From positions 1 through 42,231 of IMG/VR virus record IMGVR_UViG_3300037419_000866: 42,231 nucleotides of DNA; one strand, 5' to 3'. Position 1 is the first letter of the stretch, and each line of letters starts with the position of its first letter. Position numbers and translations under genes: made by a program. The stretch is from a virus. The notes under the pieces were generated by a model. That model saw nothing but the letters and a program-made list of their open reading frames with translations. It had not been told where the DNA came from and did not search any database. Positions 23,339 through 32,669 of this stretch are shown piece by piece.

Positions 23339-26005
23339 ATGAAGCACATCGATCGACTGAAGGTCGTCGCAAGCGCGCTGAGCTCGCTCACGCTAACAAT
23401 AGGCTCCGTCGTCACCATGGGAGCGGCGGTCACGGGCGGGCGTATGTTGGCCCAGGCGCTCACCGACGGCGCCGGGTATCAGCACACAGCAAAGGCCGGA
23501 GATACGAACATCGCGTTCGTTGTCGACGATGGTGCCGGAACTTGGCTTAACGGCCTGTGGACGATCACGGACTCGACGCACATCACCCTGACGCAGATCT
23601 TGACGTCGTCGACCGGTGGCGGCCCGGTGACCTTCCTGAACTCCACGCCGTTCGTCTATAACGGCGACTCGGCGTTTGCGCTCAATTCCGGGCTGACGAA
23701 CCCGCACGATCCGGGCTTCGACATCATCTTGTGCGCTGGCCAATCGAATATGGTTGGGCAGGATTCACCGACGAGCGCGCTCGACATTGTAGACCCGCGC
23801 GTGTTTTCGTACGGCGGCTATTCCGTTGAAACCGCGACCTACCGGAAGATCACCCAGGCCGTCGACCCGCTGCGCTACAACTACTCGCAAGGCTCGCTGC
23901 CGGCCCTGGGCAACGGTTCGGGGTTGAGCCCAGCACAGTGGTTCGCCAAAACGTACGCCGGCATGATCCCGAGCAACCGTAAGGTGCTGCTCGTACCTGT
24001 CGCACGCAGCGCGACGACGCTCGTTGCGAACACGCCTGGATGGGCGCCGGGCGATGGCACTTCTACGAGCGGTGCATTCCTGTACGAAAACGCCATCACG
24101 CAAGGCAACTTGGCCTTGGCGGAGGCACAGGCGATGTATCCGGCAAGCCGCATCGTCGGTGCAATCTGGCTGCAGGGTGAAGGTGATGCGGATTGGTCGG
24201 TTTCTCAGATCAACTACGCTGCCGCGATGAAAACCCTGATCCAGGGTTTCCGTTCGCGTCTCACGGGCGCCGCAAACATGTGGTTCATTCTCGGCGGCCT
24301 GATGGCTGAGAACGTCGCGAACGCGGCAGGAAACGGCGCAGGTAATACGGTCGGTTACGCGGCCATCGACGCCGCGCATCAGCAAGTCGCGGCAGAGGTG
24401 GCGCGCTGCGCCTATTACCCTGGCGTGAGCGGCTATCAAATGCCGGACTATATCCACTACCGTGCGGCAGCTGCTCGCATTTTGGGTTGCCGTGTCGCGT
24501 CGAAAGTACCGTTGGCACTTACGAGCCCTGGCGTCGACACTACCGCGCCAACCGTTCTGCGTGCCTCTGTGGCTGCTACCGCGACGAGCATTGTTGCGGT
24601 TACGTTGTCCGAACCGTTCGACCCGGCGTATCCGCCGCAGGCGAGCGCCTGGGCCGTCACCGGGCATACCGTCACGTCGGCAAGCGGCGCGGGCAACGTC
24701 GTCTACTTGACTGTGTCGAGTCCATTCCTCAATGGCGAAGCGCAGCGAACCGTCACGTTCACCGCTCCGGGCAACGGTCTGCGCGACCTCGCCGGCAACA
24801 TGATGGCATCGCAAGGCGCGGTCAACATCACCAACAACGCGCCGGCGATCGATAGCACGCCACCGACCTTGAGCGGCGCGACCGTCGCAAACGCAACTCC
24901 GGCAACGCTGACTATGACTGCGTCGGAATCGCTCGACACAACCAACGTGCCGGACTTATCCGCATTCGCCGTCAGCGGCCATACGGTCGTCAGTGTGGGC
25001 GTGACCGCAACAACCGTCACGCTGACGCTCGGCGAGGTATTCGTCGCTGGCGAGGCGGCGCGCACGGTGAGCTACACGCAACCGGGCAGCGCTGGCCTGC
25101 GCGACCTAGCAGGCAACCTGATGGTTTCGTTCTCGGGCATGAGCGTCACGAACAACGCCCCGGCATCCGACACGACGCCGCCGACTTTCTCTAGCGCGCA
25201 GATCGCCGCGGCATCCCCGACTGTCGTGCAGATCACGATGTCGGAAACACTGGGCACCAGTGTTCCGCCCTCGACTGCTTTCGCTATCACCGAAAACGGA
25301 TCGGCGAAGACTGTGTCGAGCGTGTCCGTCAGTGGCGCGATCGTATCCGTCACGTGCGCGACTGCGTTCTCGAACGGAACGACCGTGCAGGTCACGTACA
25401 CGGCGCCAGGCAGCGACCCGCGCATCAAGGACGTAGCAGGCAACGCTGCCGTGTCGTTCGGCCCGTCTGCTGTCACGAACAACGTCGCGGCCTCGTCCGG
25501 CACCGATCTGCGGCTCACGAACCTCGTGACGATGACGGAAACGTCTGCCGTGGCGCCGTACGCGTACAAGACCGACAGCGGCGTCAACTACGCTAACAAC
25601 CCCAACGGCGGCGTGACGCAATTGGCGCTCGCGGGCGACGGTACGCTAATCGTCAAGCTGTCGGGAGTGAACCCAGGCAAGCACCTCATCGGCTTCAAGA
25701 CCGGCCAAACCAACGTTGGTTACGGCTCCATTGCCATCGACTTCATGGCCGATTACAGCGTCGGCTATAAGGCGTTCTCGGGCACGGCAACCGTAACCAC
25801 TAGCGGACGCATCCCGGTCGACAACGATTTCGTCAAGTTCGTGCGCAGCGGGACGACGATCGCCGTATCCGTGTCGAGCGATGGCGGCACTACGTGGACG
25901 TTGATCCTTACCTTTACTGGCGTCGCCGCAGGCACGTTGTATTGCCAGATGCAGTCCCAGTCCAACGGCCAGTTCATCGGCCCTGTCGGTACTGGCTGGG
26001 CATAA
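23339..26005 (+). CDS. Virion-associated carbohydrate O-acetylesterase (SASA/DUF303-type) with three Ig-like repeats and a C-terminal lectin-like domain (888 aa)
   Basis: The esterase triad motifs are CAGQSNMVGQD, IWLQGEGDA and PDYIHY. Three repeats of 105-106 aa follow, then a beta-rich C-terminal domain of about 175 aa. Confidence 0.75.
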   Translation: MKHIDRLKVVASALSSLTLTIGSVVTMGAAVTGGRMLAQALTDGAGYQHTAKAGDTNIAFVVDDGAGTWLNGLWTITDSTHITLTQILTSSTGGGPVTFLNSTPFVYNGDSAFALNSGLTNPHDPGFDIILCAGQSNMVGQDSPTSALDIVDPRVFSYGGYSVETATYRKITQAVDPLRYNYSQGSLPALGNGSGLSPAQWFAKTYAGMIPSNRKVLLVPVARSATTLVANTPGWAPGDGTSTSGAFLYENAITQGNLALAEAQAMYPASRIVGAIWLQGEGDADWSVSQINYAAAMKTLIQGFRSRLTGAANMWFILGGLMAENVANAAGNGAGNTVGYAAIDAAHQQVAAEVARCAYYPGVSGYQMPDYIHYRAAAARILGCRVASKVPLALTSPGVDTTAPTVLRASVAATATSIVAVTLSEPFDPAYPPQASAWAVTGHTVTSASGAGNVVYLTVSSPFLNGEAQRTVTFTAPGNGLRDLAGNMMASQGAVNITNNAPAIDSTPPTLSGATVANATPATLTMTASESLDTTNVPDLSAFAVSGHTVVSVGVTATTVTLTLGEVFVAGEAARTVSYTQPGSAGLRDLAGNLMVSFSGMSVTNNAPASDTTPPTFSSAQIAAASPTVVQITMSETLGTSVPPSTAFAITENGSAKTVSSVSVSGAIVSVTCATAFSNGTTVQVTYTAPGSDPRIKDVAGNAAVSFGPSAVTNNVAASSGTDLRLTNLVTMTETSAVAPYAYKTDSGVNYANNPNGGVTQLALAGDGTLIVKLSGVNPGKHLIGFKTGQTNVGYGSIAIDFMADYSVGYKAFSGTATVTTSGRIPVDNDFVKFVRSGTTIAVSVSSDGGTTWTLILTFTGVAAGTLYCQMQSQSNGQFIGPVGTGWA
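24533..25483 (+). repeat. Three tandem coding repeats of 315-318 bp (Ig-like / SWM-type modules)
   Basis: The units are 24533-24847, 24848-25165 and 25166-25483. Each starts with D(T/S)T(A/P)PT and ends with LRDLAGN...VTNNAP. Confidence 0.85.
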
Positions 26006-26014
26006 GGAGGCGCC

Positions 26015-26425
26015 ATGCCAGCATTTAACGCTATAGGCATGGACGCGGTGGCGGCGAGTGGCTCGCAATCAAACGTCGCCCCGCCGCCCGCCGCTGTCAT
26101 CACAGCGGTCGTTATCAATCCGATGGCCGCGACCCTCGTTGGCGGCTCTTCGCAGCAGTTTTCGGCGGCTGTTCTTGGCCAGAATAGCCCGTCGCAGGGC
26201 GGAACATGGTCATGCAGCTTTGGTACGGTCGACACAAGCGGTTTATTCACCGCCCCCGCGACGACGCCAGGCCATCAGTACGGCAAGGTGACATTTACCA
26301 GCGCGGCGGATTCGTCCAAATCTGCCTCGGCTGATATTGCGATACCGGGCAGCAGCCCGCCAGTCCAAAGCGGAATTTTCCAATGCCGGCGCCGCGGTGC
26401 GCGCCGTGTGCAGCGCTTTTCATAA
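26015..26425 (+). CDS. Big_2 (bacterial Ig-like group 2) domain protein (136 aa)
   Basis: VITAVVINPMAATLVGGSSQQFSAAVLGQN...GLFTAPA is the typical Big_2 signature. The last 25 aa or so are basic and unusual. Confidence 0.65.
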   Translation: MPAFNAIGMDAVAASGSQSNVAPPPAAVITAVVINPMAATLVGGSSQQFSAAVLGQNSPSQGGTWSCSFGTVDTSGLFTAPATTPGHQYGKVTFTSAADSSKSASADIAIPGSSPPVQSGIFQCRRRGARRVQRFS

Positions 26426-26441
26426 TCCATAGGAGGAACGA

Positions 26442-26750
26442 ATGAACGATTTCCCGCGCATGATCTACAAAGCCGACGGTCCCGAAGAGATCCACGGTGG
26501 CCGCTTCCATACGCACATCGTGCACGACGTCGACGAGCTGGACGCTGCACTCTCGGATGGCTGGCACCTGACCACGCCAGAGGCTGCCGATGCGGCTGCG
26601 CCGAAGCCCAAGGACGAGGCCGACGACGCACCGGCGACCCGCGCCGAACTGGAGCAGAAGGCCGCCGAACTCGGCATCGAGTTTTCGCCGCGCATCGGTG
26701 ACGCGAAGCTGACGGAGCGCATCGAGGCCGCGCTGGCGGCGAAGGGCTGA
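26442..26750 (+). CDS. Hypothetical virion-module protein (102 aa)
   Basis: Track ORF with RBS AGGAGG and a C-terminal HeH/SAP-like segment TRAELEQKAAELGIEFS. Confidence 0.65.
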   Translation: MNDFPRMIYKADGPEEIHGGRFHTHIVHDVDELDAALSDGWHLTTPEAADAAAPKPKDEADDAPATRAELEQKAAELGIEFSPRIGDAKLTERIEAALAAKG

Positions 26751-26754
26751 TGCC

Positions 26755-27171
26755 ATGGGCTGGACGAAACAGCAGCTCATCGATCAGGCGTTCAGCGAAC
26801 TGGCGCGCGCTGGCTACGTGTTCGACCTGGGTGCCGACGTGCGCGAAGACGCGTTGCGTCAGCTCGACACGATGATGGCGACGTGGAGCGGCGCCGGCAT
26901 CTCGATCGGCTACCTGCTGCCGACCAGCCCGGACGACTCCAACATCGGTGACGACGCCAGCATTCCGCTCGCGGCCGTCGAGCCGGTGTACCTGAACCTC
27001 GCCGTGAAGCTGGCCGCCGGGCGCGGCAAGGCGCTCACCGCGCAGACGCTGGCTGCCGCCAAGTCGGGCTATAACGCCCTGCTGGGCGCCGCCGTTACCC
27101 CAACCTCTGGCCAGTCTTCGGGCCTGTCGCTCAGTGGCGCCGGCAACAAGCCGTGGCGCTACTACCAATAA
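26755..27171 (+). CDS. Head-to-tail adaptor, P22 gp4-like (138 aa)
   Basis: LIDQAFSELARAGY...ALRQLDTMMATWSG and C-terminal GAGNKPWRYY parallel P22 gp4 (LVRAALRKLGV...DLEAMMAEW...GSGNS..EWHYF). Confidence 0.7.
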   Translation: MGWTKQQLIDQAFSELARAGYVFDLGADVREDALRQLDTMMATWSGAGISIGYLLPTSPDDSNIGDDASIPLAAVEPVYLNLAVKLAAGRGKALTAQTLAAAKSGYNALLGAAVTPTSGQSSGLSLSGAGNKPWRYYQ

Positions 27172-27180
27172 GGAACCATC

Positions 27181-27477
27181 ATGACCATCAAAGCACCTGT
27201 TCAACCCAGCTACGGCACCGGCCAAGTCCTCAGCCCGGGCGCAGCGTCCGCTACTGCGACTCTGCAAAAGGGCAGTAAGCAACTCATCCTGACCAACCAG
27301 GGCGCGAACGTGTGTTACGTGCGCGTCGGGCAGAGCGTCCCGGCCGCTTCGACCGCTGACTATCCGGTCCCGGCCGGCGCGCAGGTCGTCGTGACAAAGG
27401 CCATGGACGACAACCAGCTGTCGCACATCTCCGCGCTGGGCACGACGCTGCACGTGATGAACGGCGAGGGCTTCTAA
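27181..27477 (+). CDS. Hypothetical structural protein (98 aa)
   Basis: Track ORF in the virion module. Confidence 0.6.
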   Translation: MTIKAPVQPSYGTGQVLSPGAASATATLQKGSKQLILTNQGANVCYVRVGQSVPAASTADYPVPAGAQVVVTKAMDDNQLSHISALGTTLHVMNGEGF

Positions 27478-27478
27478 C

Positions 27479-28894
27479 GTGCAGATCCCGATCCTGAGCG
27501 GGATCACGACCGACGAAGGCCCGGACTTCCGGACGTCGTACCCACGAAACATGATGCCTGTGCCGCGCTCGCAGGGCATCAGCGCGGGCTACCTGCGGCC
27601 GGCCGATGGCATCGCACAGATCGGCTCCGGGCCCGGTATCGACCGCGGCGGGATCAACTGGGGCGGCGTGCACTATCGCGTCATGGGCACGAAGCTCGTA
27701 CAGGTCGCGACGTCCGGCATCGTGACCGTGCTGGGCGACGTCGGGGGCAGCGGCCAGGTCAGCTTCGACTACTCGTTCGACCGGCTGGCGATCGCCTCGG
27801 GCGGCGCGCTGTACTACTGGGGCGGCGGCACTCTCACGCAGGTCGGCGACCCGGACCTGGGCGCGGTGCTCGATGTCCTCTGGATCGATGGCTACTTCGT
27901 GACGACGGACGGCATGTCGCTGGTCGTCACTGACCTCCTCGACCCGACGTCGATCAACCCGCTGCGCTACGGGAGCAGCGAGGGCGACCCGGACCCGATC
28001 AAAGGCATGTTCAAGTCGCGCGCCGGCGAGTTCTATGCGGTCAACCGGTACACGATCGAGATGATGCAGAACGTGGGCCAGTCGTCGACGAGCTCCCTGT
28101 TTCCGTTCGCGCGCACGGAGGGCGCACAGATCAACCGCGGCGCGATCGGCACGCACTGCATCGCGAACTACGACGACAAGATCGCATTCTTGGGCGGCGC
28201 GCGCAAAGAGCCGCCGGCCGTGTGGGTCGGCCTGAACGCGGCGACGCAGAAACTGTCCACCGGCGAGATCGACACACTGCTGCTCGATTACACCGAGGCG
28301 GAGCTGTCGACGTCCGTCATGGAAGTACGCGCGACGAAGAACCACGCATTGCTCTACCTGCACCTGCCGGATCGCACTCTGGTCTACGACGGGGCCGCGT
28401 CGGCAACTGTGCAGGAGCCGGTCTGGTTCACCGTGGACTCTGGCCTGTTGGCACCGGCGCAGTACCGCGCGCGCAACTTCGTGTGGTGCTACGACGGCTG
28501 GCAGTGTGGCGACCCGACGTCGAGCGCACTCGGCGTGCTGGACGAAACGATCTCGACGCACTACGGGCAGACGATCGGCTGGGAGTTCGGCACGTCCATC
28601 GTGTACAACGGCGGCAACGGCGCCGTCTTCCATGAGATGGAACTTTTCGCGCTGCCCGGCCGCGTGCCGCTCGGCGTGGATCCTGTCATCTGGACGTCGT
28701 ACTCGTCTGACGGCGTGACATGGAGTGCAGAACGCTCGATCAAAGCCGGGCGCCAGGGCCAGCGCACAAAGCGTCTCGTGTGGATCGGCCAGGGCGGCAT
28801 GGAGAACTGGCGCATCCAGAGGTTCCGGGGCACGAGCGATGCTCACCTGACCGTTGCGCGCCTGGAGGCGCAGCTGGAGCCGCTGAATGCCTAG
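27479..28894 (+). CDS. Tail hub/adaptor, P22 gp10-like (471 aa, GTG start)
   Basis: Its length matches P22 gp10 (472 aa). Shared segments include LYLHLPDRTLVYDGAAS against LIIHLPRHVLVYDASSS, and the C-terminal KRLVWIGQGG...RL(E) pattern. Confidence 0.75.
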   Translation: MQIPILSGITTDEGPDFRTSYPRNMMPVPRSQGISAGYLRPADGIAQIGSGPGIDRGGINWGGVHYRVMGTKLVQVATSGIVTVLGDVGGSGQVSFDYSFDRLAIASGGALYYWGGGTLTQVGDPDLGAVLDVLWIDGYFVTTDGMSLVVTDLLDPTSINPLRYGSSEGDPDPIKGMFKSRAGEFYAVNRYTIEMMQNVGQSSTSSLFPFARTEGAQINRGAIGTHCIANYDDKIAFLGGARKEPPAVWVGLNAATQKLSTGEIDTLLLDYTEAELSTSVMEVRATKNHALLYLHLPDRTLVYDGAASATVQEPVWFTVDSGLLAPAQYRARNFVWCYDGWQCGDPTSSALGVLDETISTHYGQTIGWEFGTSIVYNGGNGAVFHEMELFALPGRVPLGVDPVIWTSYSSDGVTWSAERSIKAGRQGQRTKRLVWIGQGGMENWRIQRFRGTSDAHLTVARLEAQLEPLNA

Positions 28895-29447
28895 CCTGAA
28901 TCTCCCGCGCGAACTCGTCGCGCAGATCGCCGGCGGCAATGCGCTGGCCATCCGCCAACTCGAAACAGTTTTCAAGCAGGTTGGCGACACGTTCCCATCC
29001 ACCATCGAGGAGGCGAACGCGCTGGCCGGCTCTGCTCTGGCTGTGGCGCAGGCCGCAACGTCGGCACTTGCCCTGCTGGCGGATACTCTCACGCGTCTGG
29101 AAGCCGCTCCCGTAGCGCCGCCGCAAGTCGACGCCGACGACACAACGCCGCGCCCACACCTGGGCACGATCGCTGCGCAGAACGCGGATGCGGTCGAGAT
29201 CACCGGCGGCACAGCCTCGCTGTCGACGATCGCTGCATCCGGACAGATCACGTCCACCGTCGCAACTGGAACGGCGCCGCTCGTCATCGCCAGCACGACC
29301 CGCGTCGCAAACCTGAACGTTGCGGCAGCCGGGACCGCTGATGGCCTTTCCAGCCCGACATCCTACAACGCCGCGGCGACCGACCTACCAACCGTCATCG
29401 CGCTCGCGAACCAGCTGCGCGCCGCCGCAATCTCGAAAGGACTTTGA
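28887..29447 (+). CDS. Tail needle/plug or fibre-like coiled-coil protein (186 aa)
   Basis: It occupies the gp26 slot after the gp10-like gene and has an Ala-rich helical N-terminal half. The GTIAAQNADAVEITGGT motif is common in phage fibre proteins. Confidence 0.4.
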   Translation: MPSLNLPRELVAQIAGGNALAIRQLETVFKQVGDTFPSTIEEANALAGSALAVAQAATSALALLADTLTRLEAAPVAPPQVDADDTTPRPHLGTIAAQNADAVEITGGTASLSTIAASGQITSTVATGTAPLVIASTTRVANLNVAAAGTADGLSSPTSYNAAATDLPTVIALANQLRAAAISKGL

Positions 29448-29450
29448 CCC

Positions 29451-29786
29451 ATGACCACTACGCCCGCCGTTCTCATCGAGGGCACCTTCGCCGCCGCTAC
29501 CGCCACGCCGACGACTGGCGCCTACTACCTGTCCGACCAGTGCACGACCGCAGTCGACAAGCTGACGTGCTCAAACGAAGGCGCGGTCACCGCCACTGCG
29601 ACGGCGCAACTCGTGTCGCCCGATGGCGCGTCCACGCAAACCTTCACGAAGGCTCTCACGGTCGGCCAGATCTGGCCATTCCCCGATATTGTCGGTCACA
29701 CCGTCGCCAACGGCGGCAAGCTGACCGTGACCTGCCCGACCGCGAACACGATCAAGGTCCGCGCCAGTGGCAGGAAATTCACGTAG
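29451..29786 (+). CDS. Hypothetical structural protein (111 aa)
   Basis: Track ORF that is Thr/Ala-rich and beta-like. Confidence 0.55.
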   Translation: MTTTPAVLIEGTFAAATATPTTGAYYLSDQCTTAVDKLTCSNEGAVTATATAQLVSPDGASTQTFTKALTVGQIWPFPDIVGHTVANGGKLTVTCPTANTIKVRASGRKFT

Positions 29787-29807
29787 CGATAGAAAATTGC
29801 CGAAAGG

Positions 29808-29837
29808 ATTGAAATTTCCGATAGGAACTACCTATAA
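29808..29837 (+). promoter_or_regulatory. Near-consensus sigma70-type promoter inside the virion operon
   Basis: TTGAAA (29808-29813), an 18-nt spacer, then TATAAT (29832-29837), within a 131-bp AT-richer gap. It is followed by the hairpin TTGCCC-N-GGGCAA at 29846-29864. Confidence 0.5.
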
Positions 29838-29917
29838 TCCCAGCAGTTGCCCGCTTCTTGGGCAATAGCTGAGATCAGGCGCCCAGCGGCCATGAACCCC
29901 CTTCACGGGAGAAATTC

Positions 29918-30373
29918 ATGCTGCTGGACGCCGGCACATCCCAAGACCTGACCTCTCAGGCACGCATCCCCACTCGCGAAGATATCGAACGGCTCGAAGC
30001 CCAGATGCGCACGATGGAGCAAATCCCCATCGAGCCCGTGCATCACTTCGCCGACGGACTGTACGCGCGTGAAATCCTGATCCGCGCTGGCACGATCTTG
30101 ACGGGCAAGGTCCACAGCACCGAGCACCTGAACATCGTGTCCCAGGGCCGTATCGCTGTCTGGACCGAGGATGGCATGAAGATCGTCGCTGCGCCCTGCA
30201 CGATGGTCTCGCGTCCTGGCACAAAGCGCGTCGGCTTCGCCTTGGAAGACACGGTGTGGACCACGATCCACGCCAACCCGCAAAACCTCAATGATCTGGC
30301 CGCGCTCGAGCTGGCCCTGATCGACAACACCCATCCCCAAATTTCGTCGGAGGACCGCCCATGTCTTGGGTAG
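29918..30373 (+). CDS. Hypothetical virion-module protein, possible cupin-like beta-barrel (151 aa)
   Basis: Track ORF with RBS GGGAGAA. It overlaps the next gene by 13 nt. The fold guess comes only from the beta-rich pattern HHFADGLYAREILIRAGTILTGKVH. Confidence 0.55.
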   Translation: MLLDAGTSQDLTSQARIPTREDIERLEAQMRTMEQIPIEPVHHFADGLYAREILIRAGTILTGKVHSTEHLNIVSQGRIAVWTEDGMKIVAAPCTMVSRPGTKRVGFALEDTVWTTIHANPQNLNDLAALELALIDNTHPQISSEDRPCLG

Positions 30374-30993
30374 CAGCAGCCGTCGCTGGCGGCACCATCG
30401 TGGGCGGCTACCTGTCGTCCAACGCCCAGAAGAACGCGGCAGAGAGCGCAGCCAACGCACAGAGTGAAGCCTCGCAAGCAGGCATCGATGAGCAGCGTCG
30501 GCAGTTCGACCAAGTTCAGCAACTGCTATCGCCGTTCGTAAACGTCGGTACCAGCGCGCTCACCGCGCAAAAGGACCTGATCGGCCTGAACGGGAACGGT
30601 GCGCAGCAGTCCGCCATCGACGGCATTCAAAACTCGGCACAGTTCAAGGCGCTCCAGCAGCAAGGTAACGACGCCATCCTCGCGAACGCTTCGGCGACTG
30701 GCGGACTGCGCGGCGGGAACGTCCAAGGCGCCCTGGGCCAGTTTTCTCCGCAGTTGCTTGCGCAACTGATCCAGCAGCAGTACGGCAACCTTGGCGGGCT
30801 GACCAGCATCGGCCAAAACGCGGCGGCTGGCGTGGGCAATGCAGGGCTTGCGACCGGCAACAACGTCACGACTCTGCTTGGGCAGCAAGGCTCCGCCGCC
30901 TCTGGGGCCGCGCTTGCTGCCGGCCGTGCTGACTCGCAGCTCTACAACACTATTGGCAGCGCCTTCGGCACGTTCATGGGGAGCAAATTCTGA
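30361..30993 (+). CDS. Internal virion / ejection protein (210 aa)
   Basis: It has an N-terminal TM-like segment and a Gly/Ala/Gln-rich composition, and sits in the P22 gp7/gp14 slot. Confidence 0.6.
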   Translation: MSWVAAAVAGGTIVGGYLSSNAQKNAAESAANAQSEASQAGIDEQRRQFDQVQQLLSPFVNVGTSALTAQKDLIGLNGNGAQQSAIDGIQNSAQFKALQQQGNDAILANASATGGLRGGNVQGALGQFSPQLLAQLIQQQYGNLGGLTSIGQNAAAGVGNAGLATGNNVTTLLGQQGSAASGAALAAGRADSQLYNTIGSAFGTFMGSKF

Positions 30994-32669
30994 TGCCTGA
31001 ACCGTACGATTACACCAGCGCGTTCGCCAGTGTTCCGGCCTTTGGTGATTCTCTCTTGGCAGGCTTGAAGAATGGCTATGCCATCACCGATCTGCAGAAC
31101 CAGCGTGCGCAGCAGGCGCGGGACCTCGCCGTCCAGCAGCAGAAGCGCGACACCGTGCAGGCGCTTGTCAACAACCCGAACGCGACGGCCGATGATTACG
31201 CGAAGGCCACACTTATCGTGCCCGAGTTGCACGAGCAGTTCAAGCAGGCATGGGACACAAAAAGCGCCGCTCAGCAGCAAAACGAACTGAGCCAGATGGT
31301 GCAATGGTCCTCAGCGATCCAGAACGGCGAACCGAAAATCGCCAGCGACGACATGCGCTCGCGCGCCGACGCAATCGAGAATACGGCCGGCGGCCCGACA
31401 CCGGAGTCGAAAGCTCTGCGCGCGAAAGCTGATCAGGTTGACGCCAATCCGAACGCGGCGAACTTCGTTCTGAAGTCAATGATCGCTGCCAACCCCAAAG
31501 GCAAGGCTGCCATCGATGGCATCGTCGCCCTGGGCGGGGAGCAGCGGGCTGCTGATCTGGCGCCGGCCGCCGTGCGCAAAGCGAATGCAGATGCTGGCAC
31601 CGCTGAATCCGACAACGCGCTGAAGAACTATCAGGTCACAGCACAAAAGGCCGCTGGACTTGCAAAAGCGCCCGGCCTGAAGCCATCGCAGGTGATGACG
31701 TTCTTGCAATCGGAGGCCGCTGCCGGTCGAATCTCGCCAGACGAGTTGGACGCACTCAAGCAGTCGGTTCCATCCGATCCGAAAGCGCTTCCGGACTTCC
31801 TGGGATCGCTTGCAGCTCGCGGGTTGACGCCCGATCAGAACGCGAGGTTGACGACGCCGGACGCGAACGCGCAACTCTCCGCGCGCACGCAGGTGCAGAC
31901 CACTCGCATGAACAACGCGACGCAGCTCGCCGTGCAGGACCGCATCGCCGCGCGCCAAGACAGCAAGGGCGATGCCGAGCCGACGCTTGACGCCGATACG
32001 CTGTCCACGATGGCTCAGCAGTACCTCGCCGGCGACAAGAGCGTGATGCAGAACCTGGGCCGCGGTGCGCAGGGTGCGGCGAACATCGTGGCGCTGCGCC
32101 AAGCGATCACGAAGGAGGCGAAGGCGCAGGGCCTGACCGGGCCACAGATCGCCGCCAAGATGGCCGACTACCAGGGCCTCACGGCCGGCATGCGCACGTC
32201 CGCGAACATCAGCGCGCGCGTCGAAAACGCAATCTCCGAAGCGAAGGAACTGGCACCGCTCGCAATCGCCGCCGGCCGAGAAGTGTCGCGCTCGGGCTTC
32301 CTCCCGTTCGGCAAGGCGGAAGTCATGTTCAATACGCAGACCAACGACCCGGCCCTCAAGAAATTCGTCACCGCCAACAACGGCCTCGTGTCCGCCTACG
32401 CGGGCGCAATGGCTCGTGGCCAGAAGCCGACCGTGTCCGACTACGACCACGCGCGCGACATCCTCTCTGCGCCCCAAAGCCAGCAGGCATATGAGGCTAC
32501 CGTCAACCAGATGTTCGCCGAGATGGCTGCCGCATCAAAGGCTCCTCAGAACGTGCGCGAACACCTGCGCGGCGAAATCGGCGGCGGCTCCAACCACGGC
32601 GCCACGCCGACCGCTGCGGACCACCCGGCCGACATCAGCGCCCTGCTCAACAAGTACGGGAAGAAGTGA
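30993..32669 (+). CDS. Internal virion / ejection protein (558 aa)
   Basis: It is large, Ala/Gln-rich and helical, with a TGATG overlap upstream. It sits in the P22 gp20 slot. Confidence 0.6.
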   Translation: MPEPYDYTSAFASVPAFGDSLLAGLKNGYAITDLQNQRAQQARDLAVQQQKRDTVQALVNNPNATADDYAKATLIVPELHEQFKQAWDTKSAAQQQNELSQMVQWSSAIQNGEPKIASDDMRSRADAIENTAGGPTPESKALRAKADQVDANPNAANFVLKSMIAANPKGKAAIDGIVALGGEQRAADLAPAAVRKANADAGTAESDNALKNYQVTAQKAAGLAKAPGLKPSQVMTFLQSEAAAGRISPDELDALKQSVPSDPKALPDFLGSLAARGLTPDQNARLTTPDANAQLSARTQVQTTRMNNATQLAVQDRIAARQDSKGDAEPTLDADTLSTMAQQYLAGDKSVMQNLGRGAQGAANIVALRQAITKEAKAQGLTGPQIAAKMADYQGLTAGMRTSANISARVENAISEAKELAPLAIAAGREVSRSGFLPFGKAEVMFNTQTNDPALKKFVTANNGLVSAYAGAMARGQKPTVSDYDHARDILSAPQSQQAYEATVNQMFAEMAAASKAPQNVREHLRGEIGGGSNHGATPTAADHPADISALLNKYGKK

